DNA of 64,000 bases from Deinococcus sp. (lineage in GTDB: Bacteria > Deinococcota > Deinococci > Deinococcales > Deinococcaceae). The stretch spans positions 160,001 to 224,000 of the forward strand of contig OZ253376.1 in assembly GCA_965261005.1 (NCBI GenBank), read 5' to 3'. Shown here piece after piece: positions 32,482-44,204 of the stretch (the stretch's first letter is position 1; each line of letters starts with the position of its first letter). The position numbers were made by a program, and so were the translations under genes. A model generated the notes under the pieces. The model saw only the letters and a list, made by a program, of their open reading frames with translations, did not search any database and was not told where the DNA came from.

Positions 32482-33431
32482 GCGTAGACCACCCGGCGGT
32501 CAATGAGGGCGTACAGCACGTCCACCAGCACATTGACCAGCACAAAGCTCGCGGCGATCCACAGCACCGCCCCCTGCACCACCGGATAGTCGCGCAGCGT
32601 GATCCCCTCCAGCGCAAAGCGCCCGATGCCCGGCAAGCCGAAAATCTGCTCGATGATGACCGCGCCGCCCAGCAGGTTGCCGATCTGCAACCCGACCACC
32701 GTCACCACCGGAATCAGGGCGTTGCGCATGGCGTGGCGGTACACCACCGACCGCTCGCGCGCCCCCTTGGCGCGGGCGGTGCGCACGTAGTCCTGGGCCA
32801 GCACCTCCAGCAAGCTGGAGCGCACGATGCGCGTCACCGCCGCCGCCAGGCTGAAGCTGAGGGCGAGCGAGGGCAGGAACAGGTGCCACAAGTTGCCCAG
32901 CGGGTTCTGCGTGAGGGGGACGTAGCCGTTGGAGGGAAACAGCCGCAGCCGCAGCGCAAACAGCAGGATGAACAGAATCGCCAGCCAAAACTCCGGCGCG
33001 GCCAGGCCCAGCAGCACGAAGGCGCTGGACAGGAAGTCGGCCAGGCCGCCACGCCGCAGGGCCGCCGTCACGCCCAGCGGCACGGCGGCCAGCAGCGCCA
33101 GGATCAGCGCCAGGAGGGCCAGCTCGAAGGTGACGGGAAAGCGCAGCAGCAGGTCTCCGAACACCGAGCGCCCGGTGCGCAGCGACACGCCCAGGTCGCC
33201 GTGCAAGAGCGCGCCGAACCACTGCCCGAACTGCACCGGCAGCGGCTGGTCGAGGCCGAACAGCCGCCGCATCTCGGCCTGCTGCGCCGCCGAGACGTTG
33301 CCCTCCAGCCCGATCAGGTTGGTCACCACGTCCCCCGGCACCAAGCGGATCAGCAAAAAGACCAGCACCACCACGCCCAGGGCCGCCAGCAGGGCCAGCA
33401 AGAGGCGGCGGGTCAGCCAGCCCAAACTCAA
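32478..33431 (-). CDS. Peptide ABC permease, DppB-like
   Basis: 'DYVRTARAKG', 'HAMRNALIP', 'RDYPVVQG'; TTG start overlapping the cupin stop. Confidence 0.9.
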   Translation of the reverse strand: MSLGWLTRRLLLALLAALGVVVLVFLLIRLVPGDVVTNLIGLEGNVSAAQQAEMRRLFGLDQPLPVQFGQWFGALLHGDLGVSLRTGRSVFGDLLLRFPVTFELALLALILALLAAVPLGVTAALRRGGLADFLSSAFVLLGLAAPEFWLAILFILLFALRLRLFPSNGYVPLTQNPLGNLWHLFLPSLALSFSLAAAVTRIVRSSLLEVLAQDYVRTARAKGARERSVVYRHAMRNALIPVVTVVGLQIGNLLGGAVIIEQIFGLPGIGRFALEGITLRDYPVVQGAVLWIAASFVLVNVLVDVLYALIDRRVVYA

Positions 33432-33715
33432 CGCGGCTCCAACAGGACGTAGCACAAGGTCACGTCCTCGACCACCTCGGCCCAGTGCGCCTCGCCGGCC
33501 GGGATCAGCGTCACGTCGCCCGCGCGCAGGGTGAAGCGCTCCCCCCCTGACTCGGCGCGCAGCACGCCCGAGAGGATAAAGGAGATCTCGTCCTGGTCAT
33601 GTACCGAGCTGCCGCTTTCAGGCAAGCGGGCGCCCGCCGCAAAGGAGAGCGCGCCCACGCTGGCGGGCAAATCTTTAAAGGTCTGGGCTGATGAACCGCC
33701 GCGCAGCTTTTCCAT
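33428..33715 (-). CDS. Cupin domain protein
   Basis: 'SVHDQDEISFILSG' and 'GDVTLIPAGEAH' cupin motifs; GAGGAG RBS. Confidence 0.8.
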   Translation of the reverse strand: MEKLRGGSSAQTFKDLPASVGALSFAAGARLPESGSSVHDQDEISFILSGVLRAESGGERFTLRAGDVTLIPAGEAHWAEVVEDVTLCYVLLEPR

Positions 33716-33897
33716 TCTGCTCCTCGCAAGGGTGTCACAGGAAATTAGGGCGCCCTTACCATAACGCCCCGCGGCTCCACCCGGGCAAGGCCGCCGGGGT
33801 TGCCCCCTCGCCCCGCGGGGCATAAGCTGACCGGGCACTTTTCGGCCCATCGCCCCATTCGCCCAAAACCACACTCACCCAAAACAGGAGACCCACC

Positions 33898-34815
33898 ATG
33901 AGAACCATCAAACTCGGCGCCAGCGACCTCGACGTGCCGGTGATCGCCGTTGGCTGCATGCGCATCGACGCCCTGGAGGGGGCGGAGGCGGAGCGCTTCG
34001 TGGGCACGGCGCTCGATCAGGGCGCCAACTTCTTCGACCACGCCGACATCTACGGCAAGGGAAGGTGCGAGGAGATCTTCGCGGACGCGGTGCACATGAG
34101 CGCCAGCGTCCGCGAAAAGTTGATCTTGCAGTCCAAGTGCGGCATCCGGCCGGGCATGTTCGACTTTTCCAAGGAACACATCCTGGCGTCGGTGGACGGC
34201 ATCCTGAAGCGCCTGAGAACCGAGTACCTCGACGTCCTGCTGTTGCACCGCCCGGACGCCCTGGTCGAGCCTGAGGAGGTGGCGGCGGCCTTTGACGAGT
34301 TGGAGCGCTCGGGCAAGGTCCGCCACTTCGGCGTCTCCAACCAGGACCCCCGGCAGATCGATCTGCTCAAAAAGTATGTGAAGCAGCCCATTCTGGCGAA
34401 CCAGTTGCAGCTGAGCATCACCAACGCGACCATGATCACGCGCGGCTTCAACGTGAACATGGAAAACGAGGAGGCGGTGGACCGCGACGGCGGCATTCTG
34501 AATTACTGCCGCCTGCACGACATCACCATTCAGCCTTGGTCCCCGTTTCAGTTCGGCTTTTTCGAGGGGGTGTTCCTGGACAATGACAAGTTCCCGGAAC
34601 TCAACGCCAAAATTGACGAGGTGGCGCGGACGCACGGGGTCAGCAACACCACCATCGCCATCGCTTGGCTGCTGCGCCACCCGGCCCACATGCAGCCGGT
34701 CACCGGCACCACCAACGCCGGGCGCCTGAAGGACTGTTGCGCGGCGGCCGACGTTCAGCTCACGCGCGAGGAGTGGTACGCCATCCTGCTGGCGGCGGGC
34801 AACACGCTGCCCTGA
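33898..34815 (+). CDS. Aldo/keto reductase (YdhF/YcsN-like)
   Basis: 'FDHADIYG', 'LLHRPD', 'FGVSN'. Confidence 0.9.
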   Translation: MRTIKLGASDLDVPVIAVGCMRIDALEGAEAERFVGTALDQGANFFDHADIYGKGRCEEIFADAVHMSASVREKLILQSKCGIRPGMFDFSKEHILASVDGILKRLRTEYLDVLLLHRPDALVEPEEVAAAFDELERSGKVRHFGVSNQDPRQIDLLKKYVKQPILANQLQLSITNATMITRGFNVNMENEEAVDRDGGILNYCRLHDITIQPWSPFQFGFFEGVFLDNDKFPELNAKIDEVARTHGVSNTTIAIAWLLRHPAHMQPVTGTTNAGRLKDCCAAADVQLTREEWYAILLAAGNTLP

Positions 34816-34827
34816 GCAAAATCTGTC

Positions 34828-35859
34828 TTAACCCCCCGCCCACTCTAGGAGCACGCCCATGCTGCTTTCCCGCCGGGTCCGCAGGGTGTCATACGCCTCG
34901 GCGGCGCGCGCCGCCGGGAAGCGCTGGGTGTTGAGGTGCGAGACCTTCATGTCGCCGCGCTCCAGATACCGGAAGAACAGGTCGGTCATGCGCGCCTCGT
35001 CCCACTCGGCGTGGTCGCTCCCCACGCGGGGCGGGTTGCCGTCGTGCGCGCCGATGATCCTGAGCCCGCGCGTCACCACGTCCCCGGTCAGGCGCTGCTC
35101 GGACGGGTCGCCGGCGTCTCCCAGCAGCAGCAGCTTCCCGAAGCGCCGCACCAAGGGCAGCGCCTCTGCCAAGACGCCCGCCGCCCCGGTCACGTCGTAG
35201 ATGGTGTGCGCGCCCTGGCCCCCCGTCAGGCCGCGCACCGCTTCCCGCGCGCCCCCCACCGGCAGCTGAAGCGTCTCGGTCGCGCCGCCCTGCCGGGCGA
35301 GGTCCAAACGAAAGGCGGAGGTGTCCACGGCGATCACGTCGCGCGCCCCCTGGAGGCGCAGGTACTGGGTGACCAGCTGCCCCAGCATGCCCAGGCCGAT
35401 CACGACCACGCTTTCCCCCAAGGCGTGCTCGGCGCGCCGGACGCCGTTTTGCACGATTTTGGAGATGCCGAACCACGCCGCCGCGTCCGGCGATACGTCC
35501 TCGGGAACGCGGTACACGGCGCGGGCGTCGAGCTGCGCGACCGCCTGATGGGGCGCGCGCGCCGCCACCCGGTCCCCGATTCGCACCCGCGTCACATCCC
35601 GCCCGACCTCGCTCACGCGGCCGACCAAGCTGTAGCCGCTGGGAAAGGGATACTGCACCCAGCTGTCCCAGTGCGTGCCGGGGGCGAACAGCCGGTCGAG
35701 GGCGATCATCTCGGTGCCCGCGCTGATCAGGGTCAGCTCGGTCCGGACGCGCACCTCGCCCTCGCCGAGGGGGCCAAGCGGACGCTCTTGTAGCTCCACC
35801 TGGCCCTTGCCGGTGAAGACGACGCTCTGGGTGTGGGTGGACATGGGGGTCGCGGTCAT
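34828..35859 (-). CDS. MDR-family (zinc-type ADH-like) dehydrogenase
   Basis: 'ISAGTE', 'GYSLVG', Rossmann motif 'GLGMLG'. Confidence 0.82.
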   Translation of the reverse strand: MTATPMSTHTQSVVFTGKGQVELQERPLGPLGEGEVRVRTELTLISAGTEMIALDRLFAPGTHWDSWVQYPFPSGYSLVGRVSEVGRDVTRVRIGDRVAARAPHQAVAQLDARAVYRVPEDVSPDAAAWFGISKIVQNGVRRAEHALGESVVVIGLGMLGQLVTQYLRLQGARDVIAVDTSAFRLDLARQGGATETLQLPVGGAREAVRGLTGGQGAHTIYDVTGAAGVLAEALPLVRRFGKLLLLGDAGDPSEQRLTGDVVTRGLRIIGAHDGNPPRVGSDHAEWDEARMTDLFFRYLERGDMKVSHLNTQRFPAARAAEAYDTLRTRRESSMGVLLEWAGG

Positions 35860-36644
35860 ACAAGCCTCCGGGCAGACGAGACCCGCTCCGCCAAAGCGAG
35901 CGTTGGCCTGAGGGCCGCCCCGCTGTCGCCGGTTGGGGTGAATTCCAAACCGACGAGTCCTGCGTAGCCTTGGTTCTCCAGCCAGGTCAGGTGCGTCTCC
36001 AGCGGCGCCCCCCCGCTGCCCGGCTCGTGGCGGCCCGGATGGTCGGCCAGGTGGACGTGGCCGATCAAGTCAACCTGGCCGCGCAGCACCTCGCGCGGGT
36101 CCTCGTCCATCACCAGGGAGTGGTACAAGTCGTAGAGCAGCTTGACGGCCGGGGAGGCGACCTCCTCGATCAGCTTCACCCCCTCGGCGGTGCTCTCCAG
36201 GAAATACCCGGGATGGTCCACGCGGGTGTTCAGTGGCTCTAGGTTGAGCGTGACGCCCGCGTCCTCGGCGATGGGGGCGGTGGCCTTGAGGGCGCCCAGC
36301 AGCGCCGCGCGCTGGACCTCGCGCGGCACGCCGTCCAGGGTATTCCCGGACTGGAGGATCAGGTGGCGCGTCCCGAAGCGCTGGGCCACCGAAAGGCTTT
36401 CGCGCAGCCCCCCTAAGAAGGCGGCGTGGGTCGCCGGGTCCACCAAGCGGCCCACCGGCTCGCTCACAAAGGAGACCAACCGGGCGCCGCTTTCCCCGAG
36501 GGCGCGCTCTATGGCGTTCAGATCCTTGTCGCGCCAGCCCCACATCTCGACGTTCGGCAAGCCGAACTCGGCGCTCCTCACGACACGCCGCGCGAAGTCG
36601 CGCTCCTCGCGGAAGATCATTTCCAGGCAGACGGACAGCTTCAT
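35856..36644 (-). CDS. Hydroxypyruvate isomerase / sugar-phosphate isomerase TIM barrel
   Basis: 'LEPLN', 'LYDLYH', 'HLADHPGRHEPG'. Confidence 0.85.
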   Translation of the reverse strand: MKLSVCLEMIFREERDFARRVVRSAEFGLPNVEMWGWRDKDLNAIERALGESGARLVSFVSEPVGRLVDPATHAAFLGGLRESLSVAQRFGTRHLILQSGNTLDGVPREVQRAALLGALKATAPIAEDAGVTLNLEPLNTRVDHPGYFLESTAEGVKLIEEVASPAVKLLYDLYHSLVMDEDPREVLRGQVDLIGHVHLADHPGRHEPGSGGAPLETHLTWLENQGYAGLVGLEFTPTGDSGAALRPTLALAERVSSARRLV

Positions 36645-37045
36645 CAGGCTCCTTGGGGGGATGACGCGCGCTCCCCAAAGGCGGCGCGCGAGCGCTTGAT
36701 GGCCTCGCGGTGCCGCTCGGCCCAGTGCCAGACGCCGCAGAACGCCTCGCTCAAGTCCCGGCCCAGGTCGGTCAGCTCGTACTCCACCTTGGGCGGAATC
36801 ACCGGAAAGACCGTGCGCGCCACCAAGCCGTCGGCCTCCATTTGGCGCAGCGTCTTGGTCAGCATCTTCTGGCTGATGTCCCCGACCAGTTCGCCGAGCC
36901 GGGTGAAGCGCAGCCGGCCGCGCTCCTCCAGCGTCTCCAGAATCAGCATGGTCCACTTGTCGGCCACCCGCCCGATGATCTCGCGCACGAGGGCGTCCAA
37001 CTCGGGGTCGCTCTGCTGAGCCGTTTCCGGGTAAATCGTGGTCAT
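36644..37045 (-). CDS. HxlR family winged-helix regulator
   Basis: 'ADKWTMLIL', 'ISQKMLTKTLR', 'PPKVEYELT'. Confidence 0.88.
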   Translation of the reverse strand: MTTIYPETAQQSDPELDALVREIIGRVADKWTMLILETLEERGRLRFTRLGELVGDISQKMLTKTLRQMEADGLVARTVFPVIPPKVEYELTDLGRDLSEAFCGVWHWAERHREAIKRSRAAFGERASSPQGA

Positions 37046-37138
37046 CAGGTCACTCTCCTCTTGGTAAGTATGGCGCCTTTGGGTGCCTTCTTCCCTTTGG
37101 TTCGTATCCAGCATACACTCCAAAGCAGGAGGCACACC

Positions 37139-37885
37139 ATGCAAATGACCGGCAACACCATCCTGATCACCGGCGGCAACTCCGGCATCGGCCGCGCCCT
37201 CGCGGAGGCGTTTCACGCGGAAGGCAACCAAGTCATCATCACCGGACGCCGTAGGGAGACCCTCGGTGAGACCACGGCGGCCAACCCGGGCATGACGTCC
37301 TATGTCCTCGACGTCGAGGATCCGGAAGCGATTCGCCGCTTCGCGGACCAAGTCAAGGCGGACTTCCCAGGGCTGAACGTTCTGATCAACAACGCGGGCA
37401 TTATGCGGCCGGAGGACGTTCGGGAGGGTGAACTTGAGGACGCGGAGGCGACCGTGGCGACCAACCTGCTCGGGCCGATTCGCTTGACGGCGGCGCTGCT
37501 GCCGCTGCTCGAAAAGCAGCCGCGTGGGGCCGTCATGACCGTCACGTCCGGCCTCGCCTTTGTGCCCAGGGCCGGCACCCCAACCTACAGCGCGACCAAG
37601 GCCGCCATCCATTCCTACACCGAGTCGCTGCGCTATCAGCTCCGGAACACGGCCGTGCAGGTGATCGAGCTGGTCCCGCCCTACACCCGAACCGGGTTGA
37701 CTGGCGAGCATCAGGTGAGCGACCCCAACGCCATGCCCCTCGACGAGTACATCTCCGAGACCATGCAGCTGCTCAGAACCCAGCCGGACGCCCCCGAGAT
37801 TCTGGTGGAGCGGGTGAAGAGGCAGCGCCTCGCCGAGGCGCGCGGGGACTACGGCGCCGTGTTTGCGGGGACCAATCCGGCGTAA
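37139..37885 (+). CDS. SDR oxidoreductase (DltE-like)
   Basis: 'TGGNSGIG', 'NNAG', 'YSATKAA'; AGGAGG RBS. Confidence 0.9.
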   Translation: MQMTGNTILITGGNSGIGRALAEAFHAEGNQVIITGRRRETLGETTAANPGMTSYVLDVEDPEAIRRFADQVKADFPGLNVLINNAGIMRPEDVREGELEDAEATVATNLLGPIRLTAALLPLLEKQPRGAVMTVTSGLAFVPRAGTPTYSATKAAIHSYTESLRYQLRNTAVQVIELVPPYTRTGLTGEHQVSDPNAMPLDEYISETMQLLRTQPDAPEILVERVKRQRLAEARGDYGAVFAGTNPA

Positions 37886-38174
37886 AGGGGCGTTATCTAA
37901 GAAGAAGCCTTGTTTAAAGCTAAAAAGGAGCTTGGCACAAAGCTGAAGCACAAAACCGTTCTGATCACCGGGGAAGCGGCGGCCTCAGTACCCGACAGGA
38001 AGCATTGAAGGCCGTGTAGGAGGGGCAAAGGAAGAGTCGGAGCAAACTGACGGAAGGCCAAGAGCATCTTTCTGACAGGCCTTGATCTGCTCGTGGACGC
38101 TCTCAAGTGGAACGCCCAGCACGCTCGATTCTTCCTGGTGCTGCCTTATCCTTACCCTTCAGCACCACCCATCC

Positions 38175-38903
38175 CTACCTGTCGGGCACTGGGGGCGTCG
38201 TCGCCCCGTTCCCCACAGGAGCCAGATAGAGATGGAGGAGGTGCTTGACCGTAAGCGCATCTGGAGCTGCCTGCGCACTGAGTGCATCGTACCGCTGCCA
38301 GACCGTCCACAACTCCTGTTGCAGCGCCTTGGCCTGTTCGCGGGTGAGGTGCAGGCCTTGTCCGGTGTACCACGTGGCCGGGGCGTCCTGCGCCAGCATG
38401 GCCGTCATCTGCCAATCGAGCTGACCCTGGGGCGCGGCGTCCACTGTCCAGCCGCCATCATCCCGGTGGATTCGCACCATCCACCCGCCCTGTTCACCAC
38501 GCATGGAGGTCACCAGCGCTCGGGCGAACCGCTGGTGCGGCTCAGCGTTGTACCGCACCATCAGGTCCACCAGCGTCTCGAAACGGGTTGTCTCGAACGG
38601 AATCACAAAACGGTCCTCTACCGCTCGGTACACCTTGCGGCTACGCGGGCTGAGACCCTCTTCGCGCCTAATGAGGCCCACAGCCAGCAAACGCTCAACG
38701 CGGTACATCATGGTGTCGATCCGTGCGCCGAGACCCTTGGCGGCCTGACCCACGGTACAGCTGCGGCCCAGAAACGGGGTCAGGACTTCCATTGCCTGCG
38801 GATCCGCCAGGACAGACGCGGTCTCCAGTGTGTCCACCAGGCCCCAGCGACGTCCGGTCTTACTTGAAACAAGCTGTTTCATTTCAAGTTCATGGTATGT
38901 CAC
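38175..38903 (-). CDS. Winged-helix (ArsR-like) domain protein, divergent from the protease
   Basis: HTH-like 'TVGQAAKGLGARIDTMMYRVERLLAVGLI'; start uncertain. Confidence 0.6.
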   Translation of the reverse strand: MTYHELEMKQLVSSKTGRRWGLVDTLETASVLADPQAMEVLTPFLGRSCTVGQAAKGLGARIDTMMYRVERLLAVGLIRREEGLSPRSRKVYRAVEDRFVIPFETTRFETLVDLMVRYNAEPHQRFARALVTSMRGEQGGWMVRIHRDDGGWTVDAAPQGQLDWQMTAMLAQDAPATWYTGQGLHLTREQAKALQQELWTVWQRYDALSAQAAPDALTVKHLLHLYLAPVGNGATTPPVPDR

Positions 38904-39014
38904 TCTGGTCGCGAACCGAATCCAGATGGCTTGAGCAAGTCATCACAGAGCGCGGCAACAGGATGGGTGTTGCCACGCTGGGAAGAATCGGTCGTCTCTC
39001 TCCTGGGGGTTCAG

Positions 39015-40793
39015 ATGTTGGATGTTCGAAAGTCGTTGGCCGCGCTCACCACCGCCGTGCTCTTGGCCGCTTGTGGACAGCAAGCTGGTTTGCCCTCCGG
39101 CTCAGACGCGGCCCAGGCGAGCTTGAATGCCGGTGCACAGCGCCTCCTACCCCCCCCTTGTGAGCAGACAAGTGGCAGCCTGGAGTGTGGCGACCCCACG
39201 CCGCCCGCACCCCCGACTGATGCTGGTGAAGACGCGGTGATTCCGGGCCAGTACATTGTGGTGCTGAAGGAAGCTGTGCCAGCGTCATCGGTGACAGCGC
39301 TATCCATTGCTCCTCAAGACCCTGTCGATGCCCTGGCGCAGCAGTTGATCGCCAAGGTCGGCGGCCAACTGCTACAAAGCTTCAGCGGGGTCAGGATGTT
39401 CTCTGCCACCCTTTCCGACGCGGCGGTGGTGGCGCTTCAAAGTGAGCCGTCCGTAGCGTATGTCCAAGCCAACCGGGTGGTGAATCTGGAGCCGCCGGCA
39501 GTGGACGTAGACGATCAAACCGCACCGACCAACACCGTGAAGGCAACTGCCGTTCAATTCCTCCCGCCGTCGTGGGGACTTGACCGCATCGACCAGCGGC
39601 TTCGGCCTTACGACAACCAGTACAACTACACCACCACCGCACCGAACGTCAACGTGTACGTGGTAGATACCGGTATCCGCGCCACACACCAGGATTTTGG
39701 TGGCCGGGTCTCGCTGGATTTTACCGCCATTAACGATGGCTATGGGGCGAGTGACTGCCTTGGCCACGGCACCCATGTGGCGGGCACCATCGGTGGGAGC
39801 ACCTACGGCGTGGCGAAAGGCGTTCAGTTGCACAGCGTCCGGGTACTGTCATGCTTCGGTAATGGTTCAGACGCGTCGGTTATTGCGGGCTTCAATTTTG
39901 TCACCCTGCACCGTCAGTTGCCCGCAGTGGCCAATGCTTCCCTCGGTGGGTCCAATGCTCGCGGCCAGCATCAGGTGATCGCGGACGCAGCGGTTCGCAC
40001 CACACAATCAGGCGTGACGGTGGTGGTCGCCGCAGGAAATGGAAAACCTAATTTCTTGGGCAATAATGTTGGCGCCAATGCCTGTGACTATGTCCCGGCC
40101 AATGCTGGACATCAGACAGCCGTAATCACGGTGGGCGCGACCAACAGCAATGACCGGCGGGCCAGCTTCTCGAACTATGGCGAGTGCGTCTCGCTGTTCG
40201 CCCCTGGGGTGGACATTAACTCGGACTGGAACGGAAGTGACACGGACAGCCGGGGCGATAGCGGGACCTCGATGGCTTCACCGCATGTGGCGGGCGCGGC
40301 GGCCTTGTATCTCCAGGACCACCCCGGAGACAGCGCCGCTCAGGTCAAGAGCGCCCTGCTCGCTCAGGCAAGTTCCGGGTTGATCAGCAAGGTGGGTCAG
40401 AGCAGCCCCAACCTGCTGCTGTACTGGCCCGGTGTCACGACCACTGTACCGTCCTGTGGCGCCTTGGCGTCCGGTCAAAGCCTGCCGGTGAGCACCTCAC
40501 TCTTTTCCTGTAATCACCGGTTTGAGCTGCGTGTGCAGGGTGACGGCAACCTGGTGCTGTACCGCAACGGCACCGAGCCGCTGTGGAGCAACGGCAACAG
40601 CTGGGGCAAGGCGGTGGAACGCTTGACGATGCAGGGTGACGGTAACCTGGTGCTGTACGGCCCCGGCGGCGTGCCCCTGTGGAATACGCCTAACACCTGG
40701 GGACACCTTAACCCTTACCTCGTGCTGCAGGACGACGGCAACCTGATCATGTTCGACCACGGCACGCCCATCTGGGCTACCAACACCCACTGA
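39015..40793 (+). CDS. S8 subtilisin-like lipoprotein protease with I9-type prodomain and C-terminal bulb-type lectin domain
   Basis: Lipobox LAAC; triad motifs 'VVDTG', 'HGTHVAG', 'GTSMASPHVAG'; QGDGNLVLY twice plus QDDGNLIMF. Confidence 0.9.
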   Translation: MLDVRKSLAALTTAVLLAACGQQAGLPSGSDAAQASLNAGAQRLLPPPCEQTSGSLECGDPTPPAPPTDAGEDAVIPGQYIVVLKEAVPASSVTALSIAPQDPVDALAQQLIAKVGGQLLQSFSGVRMFSATLSDAAVVALQSEPSVAYVQANRVVNLEPPAVDVDDQTAPTNTVKATAVQFLPPSWGLDRIDQRLRPYDNQYNYTTTAPNVNVYVVDTGIRATHQDFGGRVSLDFTAINDGYGASDCLGHGTHVAGTIGGSTYGVAKGVQLHSVRVLSCFGNGSDASVIAGFNFVTLHRQLPAVANASLGGSNARGQHQVIADAAVRTTQSGVTVVVAAGNGKPNFLGNNVGANACDYVPANAGHQTAVITVGATNSNDRRASFSNYGECVSLFAPGVDINSDWNGSDTDSRGDSGTSMASPHVAGAAALYLQDHPGDSAAQVKSALLAQASSGLISKVGQSSPNLLLYWPGVTTTVPSCGALASGQSLPVSTSLFSCNHRFELRVQGDGNLVLYRNGTEPLWSNGNSWGKAVERLTMQGDGNLVLYGPGGVPLWNTPNTWGHLNPYLVLQDDGNLIMFDHGTPIWATNTH

Positions 40794-40843
40794 TACGGAT
40801 TCCGGAAACTCAGTCAACTTTGTTGACTGAGTTTCGAGCGGAG
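40791..40843. repeat. Dyad repeat copy 2, left part (interrupted by IS110)
   Basis: TGATACGGATTCCG, hairpin GAAACTCAGTCAAC-ttt-GTTGACTGAGTTTC, then GAGCGGAG. Confidence 0.85.
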
Positions 40844-41011
40844 CAACGGTGTCTCTTGTCAAGAGGGGACCAACCTCTGAGGAAGTACGCGAGGCGTCTC
40901 CAAGGCCGCCCACAGGCAGCACGAGGTTGGTCACGTTCAGCGTACCGCGCCGCTCGCTGCTGTGCAGCGGGCGTCTCGGTACGCTGAACGCTCCCTTGGA
41001 GAGCGGGCAGC

Positions 41012-43293
<2,282 letters not shown>

Positions 43294-43321
43294 GGGCCTT
43301 CCCTTGCTACAGTGAGTGAAA

Positions 43322-43366
43322 CGGAGGTGCCTCCGGCTGTACACCACAGTAACGGAGGTGCCTCCA
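43322..43366. promoter_or_regulatory. Two tandem palindromic operators (CGGAGG-TG-CCTCCR)
   Basis: 43322-43335 and 43353-43366, between divergent SDR and TetR genes. Confidence 0.65.
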
Positions 43367-43409
43367 CTTATCAAGACCATGCTTATCAAGGCCGCGCAGC
43401 TGAACGCTC

Positions 43410-43547
43410 TCATACAGATTCCGCTTCATTTCGTACAGGCGAGGACAGCACTCGCCTGTACTCCATACCGCGAAACCCGTATGTTGTTCCTACTCGCTCT
43501 GCTCGGAAAATTTCCGTACATTTCGGAAATTTTCGGAGTCAGTATCA
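43410..43547. repeat. Dyad repeat copy 3 (opposite orientation, more diverged)
   Basis: TCATACAGATTCCG...CGGAGTCAGTATCA, two hairpins, linker TCCTACTCGCTCTGCTCGG. Confidence 0.75.
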
Positions 43548-43560
43548 GCGGAGGACAGCG

Positions 43561-44166
43561 ATGAACGAGATACCACCACACCCAGCCGCCTCCGGTCGGC
43601 CCGCGCGGGCCGATGCGCGGCGCAATCGCCAACGGCTGCTCGATGCGGCACTGGACGCCTTTACCCAGCACGGGATTGACGCCTCTCTGGAGGCCATCGC
43701 CCGCAGCGCGGGCGTTGGCGTCGGCACGCTTTACCGGCATTTCCCCACCCGCGAAGCCCTGGCCTTGGCGGCTTATCAGCATGACGTCGAACGGCTGTGT
43801 GAGGCGGCCGATGGGCTGCTGGGGACGCTTCCACCCGACGCCGCGCTCCGTGAATGGCTCGCCCGCTTTTCCGACTACATCATCACCAAACGGGGCATGT
43901 CGGACGTGATCCGGGGCATGTTGACCAACCCAGGGCCGTTCTATACCGAGCTGAACGTTCGCGAGCGAATCCTGTCCGCCGTGAAGACGCTCCTGAGCCG
44001 TGGCACCGCCGCAGGCCTCCTTCGCAAAGACATCGATGCCGAGGTCGTGGTGCTGGCCATGATCGGCGTCTGGTACGCCAGTGCCGGACAGACCACATCG
44101 CGCCAGACCTCCCAACTGCTCGACTTGTTGGTGGATGGCCTGCGCGCGAGAACAGAAGATCGCTGA
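43561..44166 (+). CDS. TetR family regulator
   Basis: 'RADARRNR', 'IARSAGVGVGTLYRHFPTRE'. Confidence 0.9.
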   Translation: MNEIPPHPAASGRPARADARRNRQRLLDAALDAFTQHGIDASLEAIARSAGVGVGTLYRHFPTREALALAAYQHDVERLCEAADGLLGTLPPDAALREWLARFSDYIITKRGMSDVIRGMLTNPGPFYTELNVRERILSAVKTLLSRGTAAGLLRKDIDAEVVVLAMIGVWYASAGQTTSRQTSQLLDLLVDGLRARTEDR

Positions 44167-44204
44167 CAGTGGAGCGTCAAGGGGCAGGGGACTAGAATGC
44201 CCCG

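Noticed and set aside
37890..38170. SDR-like fragment (KLKHKTVLITG) and an AT-rich junction
   Set aside because: Too degraded to delimit; no partner inverted repeat found.
40878..40900. CTGAGGA resembling the hammerhead CUGANGA core
   Set aside because: No GAAA after a stem II and no matching three-way junction.
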